Shown one piece after another: positions 57,906 to 64,000 of a DNA stretch of 64,000 bases (position 1 is its first letter; the number at the start of each line of letters is the position of its first letter). The DNA is from an uncultured virus (IMG/VR IMGVR_UViG_3300035701_000017) (Duplodnaviria > Heunggongvirae > Uroviricota > Caudoviricetes): IMG/VR virus record IMGVR_UViG_3300035701_000017; one strand, written 5' to 3'. The position numbers and the translations under genes are program-made. The notes beneath the pieces were generated by a model, which was not told where the DNA came from, did not search any database, and was given only the letters and a program-made list of their open reading frames with translations.

Positions 57906-59230
57906 ACTTTCTCCATTATAAAACTTAACTTTTCATTTAATTCAATAAAACACTTTTCAGGATCATCATTAAAATGCACTTTAATCGGCTCAACTATTTT
58001 ATACTTTAAATTTAACCGTTTATATAATGATAATTTCCCGCACCAATCAATATCATCTTTTCTTCTCAAACCATCCATCTCTATATGCAAATCAAAATCA
58101 GGCAAATATTGATCAGCATGCTTTAAAGATTCTCCTATCCTTTTCTGAGGTATATGCCTAATATTCTTTGATATTAACCACTCTTCTAAATCTTGCTCAT
58201 TCAATGACCACCACTTATGACCATCAGAAGAAATGCCATAATAGCCATAATGTTTCTTTTTATTAAATTCTACTACTTTTTTATTTTTCTTTGGTTTGCA
58301 ATCTAAACAAATATATCTTCTGGATTTTGCACTTACTTTAAATTCATTATGACATTTTGAGCATTTTCTATATGAGCAATTGTCACTTTTAACATATATT
58401 TTAAGCTCGTCTTTTTTGCTATTACAATCTTCACAGGACATAAATGTCGCGTATGGATCTTTAACAATTATATCTTTACCACAAATTTTACAATGTCTAG
58501 TATAATCTATTAAATATTTTGGATCTTTTAAGCAATTTGAACAAGTATAATGTCGTTTTTTTAAATCTCTTTCAACTTCTTCTTTAGTACCACAATATTG
58601 ACAAGTTCTATAATGTTTTCTATCAAAATAACTAAGCTTTTTTAATCTTTTATTATCTTCTTTTTTCTGTTTACATTCTTTACAATATAAAACTGTTGCA
58701 TGTCCTGCAGTCTCAATATCTTTTGAACATTCTAAACATTTTCTAATAAAAACTTTAACTTCATTTTTCAGTTCTTGTTTTTTATCTTCACATTCTTTAC
58801 AATTAATGACTGTTGCAAATCTATTAATTGTTTCTACATCTTTACCGCACGTCTTGCAATGTCTAGTATAAACTTTTTGAGATAATTTTATTTTTTCTAT
58901 TTCTTCATTTTCTTCTCGTTTACAATCAAAACATACAGTCGTATTTCCAGCAGGAAATTTATCCCTATGTAATATTTGTTTACATCTACTGCATGCAGTA
59001 TGAGTTTTATTAAATTGTACCTTATCTTTACATTCAGAACAATGATAAGCTCTTGAACTGGGATCCTTCTTAAATTCTTTTCCACAATTAGTGCATATAT
59101 TTGTCGACTTCTCTTGCAATCTTTTCTGTCTTTGCTTCTCTTCACACTCATCACATTTAAAATAAGTACAATACTTTTCTACTTCAACTTCTTTTCCACA
59201 ATCTTTGCATTTGTAATTAAATAAAGTCAT
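57902..59230 (-). CDS. Free-standing endonuclease with many tandem CxxC ribbons and a C-terminal nuclease domain
   Basis: C..CGK...C..C repeats; SLNE..LEEWL...ADQYLP...IEMDG. Confidence 0.7.
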   Translation of the reverse strand: MTLFNYKCKDCGKEVEVEKYCTYFKCDECEEKQRQKRLQEKSTNICTNCGKEFKKDPSSRAYHCSECKDKVQFNKTHTACSRCKQILHRDKFPAGNTTVCFDCKREENEEIEKIKLSQKVYTRHCKTCGKDVETINRFATVINCKECEDKKQELKNEVKVFIRKCLECSKDIETAGHATVLYCKECKQKKEDNKRLKKLSYFDRKHYRTCQYCGTKEEVERDLKKRHYTCSNCLKDPKYLIDYTRHCKICGKDIIVKDPYATFMSCEDCNSKKDELKIYVKSDNCSYRKCSKCHNEFKVSAKSRRYICLDCKPKKNKKVVEFNKKKHYGYYGISSDGHKWWSLNEQDLEEWLISKNIRHIPQKRIGESLKHADQYLPDFDLHIEMDGLRRKDDIDWCGKLSLYKRLNLKYKIVEPIKVHFNDDPEKCFIELNEKLSFIMEKV

Positions 59231-59232
59231 AC

Positions 59233-59289
59233 ATTCATCCTTTCATGGTTTATAATATTTTAAAATATTATGCCTTAAGCAGGATGAAT
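59233..59289 (-). promoter_or_regulatory. Hairpin occluding the RBS of the 57902-59230 endonuclease
   Basis: ATTCATCCT/AGGATGAAT arms enclosing the perfect palindrome ATAATATTTTAAAATATTAT; 3' arm contains AGGA and ends 2 nt before ATG. Confidence 0.7.
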
Positions 59290-59305
59290 TTACGCGACAC
59301 GCAAA

Positions 59306-60604
59306 TTAGCCCATCTGAATTCTATTGAATCGTGACCCAGTCCATCTCTTAATGCTCTGGCCTGACGTGTTGTGCACTACGATATTATTTGCTATGTAAT
59401 TGCAGTACGACGGCCTCATTTGCAAGTCGTAAGTCTCAAATTTTCCAGAATAATCAATATCAATAATTTTTGCTAATTTCAATACATTTTTATTATTTTT
59501 AACCCATATTTTCTCATTTAAATCTAAATCCTGTAACATTACTTCACTATTGTCATCATAAAAGAATTTATGAGTCTTTGTGCATTCAATTTCATAATCT
59601 TTACTCAATTTTATCTTATATAAGTCCTGTTTTCCATTGCTCCAAATTGCCATCACATCATTTACAAACAATTTATTTGTTGCAAGATCCATAGAGAGAC
59701 TATGTGTCATCTTTTTATTATATGCTTCCTCAATTGTAATGTCTTGATTAAGATTTGTGTCTCGTACACGCGAGCATGCACGAATGCACCAAGGACCTAA
59801 CGACGCGCCTCTAGAATATGTGTACCTATCCTGCCGGAGTCCGACAATGCATTTTACTCTCTTTTTTGCCATTTCTAATTGTTTATCTATAGTCGATTGC
59901 ATCTGATTCGCTAAACCAGAGTACTTGTCTGAACGTCTAATGTCTAAACTAACACCTGCAAGCGAATAATTGAATTCTTCTCCAGCCCATAAAATTGCTA
60001 GATCATATAGTGCGTATACTTGAGCTTCCATTAGCATTAATGGCTCCCAAGCTGCTGGAAATGACATTAATTCGTATTCTGTTGCAGGTGGCCATAAATT
60101 TATATAATTTGATGCATCTTCTAAATGATTTGCTAATTGATCGTCAGGCCATTTATAACCCCGAGTCTCTGTAAAACCGGCGATTTCTTGTTCAGAAGAT
60201 GGAGGACTAAAACTGTTCGAAACCACTATCTGTGATGCTAAAACAAAGTTTTGATTATCTTTAACAGATAAATCATACATGTATTGTTTGGAATCAATTT
60301 TTTCAATTGTAGCATTTAATAATTTCGAGTTGTTGTTAATTATGCATATAAAATTGTTAGATTCAATAGGCTTAACTTTTTTAATTTCATTACTTTGAAA
60401 TGTATATAGACTATGATCTTCTGTTACAATCACACTTTTATTATTTTCAAACGTCACTTTATAAATATCTTTTAATACTGTAATATGTTCAAAGACATCA
60501 ATAATTGGTTTATATTCAACAGTGCCAATGTTATTAATGGATTTAATTAATAATGCTTTATTATTAAAACAATCTTTTATTTTTTTAATTTTATTATCAA
60601 GCAT
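59306..60604 (-). CDS. Second half of a fractured head-tail adaptor-like gene: IntC (130 aa), extein (142 aa), mini-intein (140 aa), extein (20 aa)
   Basis: AAGGAG RBS and ATG at 60604; two sets of intein blocks; extein W.DDQL..HL..A...IN..PP resembles adaptor proteins. Confidence 0.8.
   Translation of the reverse strand: MLDNKIKKIKDCFNNKALLIKSINNIGTVEYKPIIDVFEHITVLKDIYKVTFENNKSVIVTEDHSLYTFQSNEIKKVKPIESNNFICIINNNSKLLNATIEKIDSKQYMYDLSVKDNQNFVLASQIVVSNSFSPPSSEQEIAGFTETRGYKWPDDQLANHLEDASNYINLWPPATEYELMSFPAAWEPLMLMEAQVYALYDLAILWAGEEFNYSLAGVSLDIRRSDKYSGLANQMQSTIDKQLEMAKKRVKCIVGLRQDRYTYSRGASLGPWCIRACSRVRDTNLNQDITIEEAYNKKMTHSLSMDLATNKLFVNDVMAIWSNGKQDLYKIKLSKDYEIECTKTHKFFYDDNSEVMLQDLDLNEKIWVKNNKNVLKLAKIIDIDYSGKFETYDLQMRPSYCNYIANNIVVHNTSGQSIKRWTGSRFNRIQMG
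59369..59788 (-). mobile_element. Cis mini-intein, 140 aa (W|CIRAC...CTKTHKF...TYDLQM...NYIANNIVVHN|T)
   Basis: Cys1, block B TxxH, block F YDL, block G HN followed by Thr+1; no endonuclease domain. Confidence 0.9.
60215..60604 (-). mobile_element. Split intein C-fragment, 130 aa (blocks B, F, G; ends VVSN|S)
   Basis: VTEDHSL, MYDLSV..NQNFV, VVSN|S; no block A upstream in this ORF. Confidence 0.85.
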
Positions 60605-60733
60605 ATACTGTCTCCTTACGTGCGTTAATATTTTGTAAAATTTTATCAACGCATGATATGATATTATTATTGATTTCCTTTTCCCAAAATCTTAATACAA
60701 TCCATCCTCTATTAGTAAGATATGTGGTTTTGC

Positions 60734-60814
60734 ATTTATCTTTTGACAATCTCTTTTTACAACGTTTACATTTAATAGTGTTTCTACAATAGTCACAAAT
60801 TCTTCCTTTATTGT
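60734..60814. repeat. Exact 81-bp direct repeat, copy A (copy B at 61260-61340)
   Basis: atttatcttttgacaatctc...cacaaattcttcctttattgt is identical at both sites. Confidence 0.95.
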
Positions 60815-61259
60815 ATAAAATCCTTTATCTTGCAATATTTTAAATAATTTAATTGCTATACTTGAAATATATGATTGGCCACTGATGCCACATAATGATG
60901 ATGAAATTTTCATTCTATTTCTATAAAATTCAGAATATATAGCATCTTTACTATATTCATTAACAAATTCTTGATACGTCATTTTAAAATATTTTTTTAT
61001 ATGCGATGCAACCATAAGTTCAACTTCTCTTTTACACTTAGAACATTTAATTTTATTGCCTGTAATTTTATTATTTTCAATTTCAATGCATTCGTTGCAT
61101 ATAAATCTTTCAGGATGTTTAAATTATATCTTTTAATCACAATAACTTCTTTATTGCACTTTATACAAATGATATGTCTTTGTTTTCTATTATCTCTTGC
61201 TATCTGTTTATTTTTAATTGCAATATTTAGACAATCATTACAAACTAAACTATTAGTAA

Positions 61260-61340
61260 ATTTATCTTTTGACAATCTCTTTTTACAACGTTTACATTTA
61301 ATAGTGTTTCTACAATAGTCACAAATTCTTCCTTTATTGT
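61260..61340. repeat. Exact 81-bp direct repeat, copy B
   Basis: Identical to 60734-60814; encodes NKGRICDYCRNTIKCKRCKKRLSKDK. Confidence 0.95.
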
Positions 61341-61607
61341 TTGTTTCACTATTGCAATATCTACAATGACAAACGTTCATTCTCTTTTTTATACTCTTAA
61401 CTACTTGTCTTCTTTTTGATTGACATTCATTACATATTTTCATTCCATAATTAAATTCAGACTCTTTAATTTTTAGTTGATTACACTTTTTGCATAATTT
61501 TAATCTATTCTTTCGTTTGTCTTTACAAAAATTACAAATCTGATTTTTCCCACTAAATTCATTAATTGTCTTTAATTGATTACATTTTTTGCATTTCTTT
61601 TCCATTT

Positions 61608-62111
61608 TTATTCCTGCATTTTAATAATTTCATATAAATCTTTTATTGTCAAAGAAATTTCTTCACCATCTGCTAAAACTGTAAGTAACTCATTACCATC
61701 AATAGAATAATCTCTGTCAGGGTTTACGTCCCTTAATTTGACTCTTAATTTATGAAGAAGTCTTTTAATTTGATCCGGATATTCTTCATTTATTAATGTA
61801 AGCTTCGAGACAATATCAAATTCTTCAGGCCATGATGTAATTGTGCTCGTTGCAGTTTCTTTTATTTTCCAGACAATTTTATGAAGGCCTATTGATTCAT
61901 CAACTGAAATTTGCCATGGTGCAAAATAGCTGCCAACAGCAAATTTAATAGGTAATCTATCAGTACCACCAATTAACACCGGTGATCCAGAAGTCACATC
62001 AAAAAGATCAAATGTCAAGTTATATGGATCTTTTAAATGACCTGATCTATCGTAAATAAATACGTTTAGATTGTCTTTTGTAGTAGTATCGCCACGTCTT
62101 AATGCATTCAT
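61608..62111 (-). CDS. First half of the fractured gene: 135-aa N-extein plus 32-aa split intein N-fragment
   Basis: ...LRDVNPDRDY|SIDGNELLTVLADGEEISLTIKDLYEIIKMQE*; block A pattern S-I-D-G-x-E-x-L-x-V and IKDLY. Confidence 0.8.
   Translation of the reverse strand: MNALRRGDTTTKDNLNVFIYDRSGHLKDPYNLTFDLFDVTSGSPVLIGGTDRLPIKFAVGSYFAPWQISVDESIGLHKIVWKIKETATSTITSWPEEFDIVSKLTLINEEYPDQIKRLLHKLRVKLRDVNPDRDYSIDGNELLTVLADGEEISLTIKDLYEIIKMQE
61611..61706 (-). mobile_element. Split intein N-fragment, 32 aa, Ser1
   Basis: Block A and following strand-helix, then a stop; supplies the part missing from 60215-60604. Confidence 0.8.
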
Positions 62112-62126
62112 TTTAATGTCCTTTTA

Positions 62127-62660
62127 TTAACAAAATGGATAATTGCATGTTCCACTTTGTCGTCTAAAATTTACAGAGCTTGATCCACACGTTATGCCAT
62201 GTTGATAATATGGTGCGTAAGCATATTGCCAACAAGCGTTTTTATAACCATAATCAGGCATGTTGCCTGTTCCAGATTGTCTTTTGCTATTGTCAAAGCC
62301 TGTTGGTCCATGTGATGCCTTACATGCTTCAACTGGTTGTTTATACACAGAAAATTCATCAGCTTTAGATATTAATTGACTAAATTGTGTTTCTTGAATT
62401 TCCCATACTATTCTAAATGTTCCTGCTTTCAATGTGTCAATCTTTGACATCCATGCAAAGTTAGCATAATATTCACCAACACTAAACCTTGATGCCTGTT
62501 GACCACTTTGTACAACTTGTCCGCAAACACCATAAATAGTATATGTTACTGAATAAGGGTCAAACAATTGACCATTTACATAAGTATAAATAGGAATCAA
62601 TTTAGTTGCTGCTAAAGCATCTAAATCATATCCTTTAATTTGAGATCCATTAAAATCCAT
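62127..62660 (-). CDS. Small virion beta-sandwich paralogue
   Basis: DPYSVTYTIY...VGEYYA...G..RIVW...DEF.V. Confidence 0.6.
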   Translation of the reverse strand: MDFNGSQIKGYDLDALAATKLIPIYTYVNGQLFDPYSVTYTIYGVCGQVVQSGQQASRFSVGEYYANFAWMSKIDTLKAGTFRIVWEIQETQFSQLISKADEFSVYKQPVEACKASHGPTGFDNSKRQSGTGNMPDYGYKNACWQYAYAPYYQHGITCGSSSVNFRRQSGTCNYPFC

Positions 62661-63027
62661 AAGGCACTCTATATATTAGTTGTTCAAGTGAAACGATTTC
62701 ACCAATAGTATAATTCACTTCTGCTAATTCAATATCTCCTCCACCATTTGGTATTGTTACAGTCCCTGAAATTTTAACTACACCAACATTGTCTTTAATA
62801 ACAAATTTCTTTATTTCATTTGCATAAATTGCAATTGTTTGTTTTGGAAATCCATTAGCAACAGCTTCACCATCAATAGCATTAGCAAAAGCATCATTGT
62901 CTAAAGATAATATTGCAATATCTATATCTGCTGCATTTCTAAAAACTAATGTAGCACCGCTGTCTAATAAATTACAAACTGTATCAGTAATTAAATTTCT
63001 AGTTAATAAGTCATGTGCTACTGACAT
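62650..63027 (-). CDS. Small putative virion structural protein
   Basis: AF..A..G...F.I.D..G...GTVT...GGGDIEL; AAGGAG RBS. Confidence 0.55.
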   Translation of the reverse strand: MSVAHDLLTRNLITDTVCNLLDSGATLVFRNAADIDIAILSLDNDAFANAIDGEAVANGFPKQTIAIYANEIKKFVIKDNVGVVKISGTVTIPNGGGDIELAEVNYTIGEIVSLEQLIYRVPYGF

Positions 63028-63035
63028 ATCTCTCC

Positions 63036-63407
63036 TTACATTATTATTTTTTCTCTAGCATAGGTTGATCTGCAAAATTCACCAGCATATTTAGTTGGCA
63101 TAATAACATCAAAAGATTCAGATACCATCTGTAATTCTGTATCTTGAAATTTTTTATAAGACCATTGAATTATATGTCTGCCTGGTCTAAAAACTTTTGG
63201 ATCTAAATGAATAGGTACAAAATAAGAACCGTTATCAAATTTCATTGGAAGACTATTTATCGTTTGTCTAATAATTTCTTGTCTACCATGAGTACAATCA
63301 AACATAGTGTATGAAACATAATATGGATCAATTGGCATAACACCGTCACTATTGTAAAAGAAAACTTTTAAATCTTCTTTAGTTAATAATTTGCCTAAAT
63401 AGATCAT
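63036..63407 (-). CDS. Small virion beta-sandwich paralogue
   Basis: DPYYVSYTMFD...GSYFVP...G.H.IQW...ESFDV. Confidence 0.6.
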   Translation of the reverse strand: MIYLGKLLTKEDLKVFFYNSDGVMPIDPYYVSYTMFDCTHGRQEIIRQTINSLPMKFDNGSYFVPIHLDPKVFRPGRHIIQWSYKKFQDTELQMVSESFDVIMPTKYAGEFCRSTYAREKIIM

Positions 63408-63409
63408 TA

Positions 63410-63754
63410 TTAATCCTTAACAAACTTAACAACCATATCTGAATAAATTGACGCTGGCACAACCATATAAGAATCTTCAATTTCACAAATTGTTGTATCA
63501 ACAGGATGAGTTCCTGTAGCTGTTACATAATAAGTTTCATTTTCTGGAACTGTATCTGGAATTGTCCAATTTGACGTATATTCGCCTGTAGATATATGAA
63601 CTAATGGAGTAGATACAACGTCTACTGTCTTGACATTATTTACAAAATGGCAAATAGTATATGACGCATTTAATACGTCTATAGGCTCTTCTGTATTTAC
63701 GTCAATGAAAATAAATCTAGAATCAGCAATATCTCCTCGTCTAAATTGTCTCAT
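63410..63754 (-). CDS. Small virion beta-sandwich paralogue
   Basis: FRRGD...PID...YTI...TGEY...W.IP. Confidence 0.6.
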   Translation of the reverse strand: MRQFRRGDIADSRFIFIDVNTEEPIDVLNASYTICHFVNNVKTVDVVSTPLVHISTGEYTSNWTIPDTVPENETYYVTATGTHPVDTTICEIEDSYMVVPASIYSDMVVKFVKD

Positions 63755-63835
63755 AATTGAAATCCTTTTTATAGTAACATTTAACGGACTATCTCAATTA
63801 TTACAATTTTATTAAATAAGAATTCAGTATGATGA

Positions 63836-64000
63836 CTATTTAAAAGCTTTAATCTCTATTGATGGCGTGTCCCAGCCGTCATAATTAGTAATAGAAGTTA
63901 TTTTAAAACCAACATTTTCTAGTAATGCTCTTATCTCTTGTTTTGAATATCCTGATTTATGAACTTGAGCTTCATCTAATTCACCTGACAAACTCATTTG
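63836..64000 (-). CDS. 3' end of a gene, possibly a class I SAM methyltransferase
   Basis: Hand-translated HKSGYSKQEIRALLENVGF...IEIKAFK*. Confidence 0.45.
   Translation of the reverse strand, partial: QMSLSGELDEAQVHKSGYSKQEIRALLENVGFKITSITNYDGWDTPSIEIKAFK

Larger units (their letters stand above)
60597..61605 (-). pseudogene. Decayed Vsr/DUF559-type homing endonuclease spread over three frames between the split-intein halves
   Basis: Frame 1 CxxC repeats; frame 2 ICNEC...CSKC...SHIKKYFKMTYQEF; frame 3 KDKCKTTYLTNRGWIVLRFWEKEI ending at TGA 60597, overlapping the IntC start. Confidence 0.75.

Noticed and set aside
60605..61607. Group I intron or a single contiguous intein spanning the gap
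   Set aside because: The gap is fully occupied by endonuclease coding remnants, each half has its own stop or RBS/start, and no intron core was recognisable
42477..63805. TGTAATAATT as a late promoter (42477-42486 and 63796-63805)
   Set aside because: Only two intergenic instances noticed in AT-rich DNA; needs genome-wide motif analysis
1745..63815. Plus-strand ORFs and nested short minus-strand ORFs in the track
   Set aside because: Antisense or off-frame shadows of longer genes, with no recognisable motifs
1..64000. Stop-codon reassignment
   Set aside because: Long intact ORFs under code 11; TAA, TGA and TAG all terminate genes at tight junctions
1..64000. tRNA or rRNA genes
   Set aside because: Intergenic gaps are short and no cloverleaf or rRNA-like sequence was seen

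Overview
AT-rich (roughly 28-30% GC by eye), densely packed window with all real genes on the minus strand. It is the virion morphogenesis region of a large contractile-tailed (myovirus-like, probably jumbo) phage in the standard genetic code. In transcription order (right to left): small virion paralogues, head-tail adaptor, head closure/neck proteins, an actin-like ATPase, tail completion protein, tail fibre, sheath, tube, three chaperone-like paralogues, tape measure, tube initiators, hub, spike, and Ig-domain-rich baseplate proteins. Five free-standing homing-endonuclease-like genes and two TnpB-family sequences are interspersed. The top finding is a fractured adaptor-like gene. It carries an atypically split intein (32-aa Ser-initiated IntN, 130-aa IntC) whose halves are separated by a decayed Vsr-type endonuclease, and the second half also holds a 140-aa cis mini-intein, so the mature ~297-aa protein would need one trans- and one cis-splicing event. 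Other leads: a shared N-terminal putative capsid-targeting peptide on three unrelated proteins, a solo TnpB preceded by a degenerate copy of its neighbour's 3' end, and RNA hairpin switches. All product calls come from motif recognition and gene order; no database search was run.
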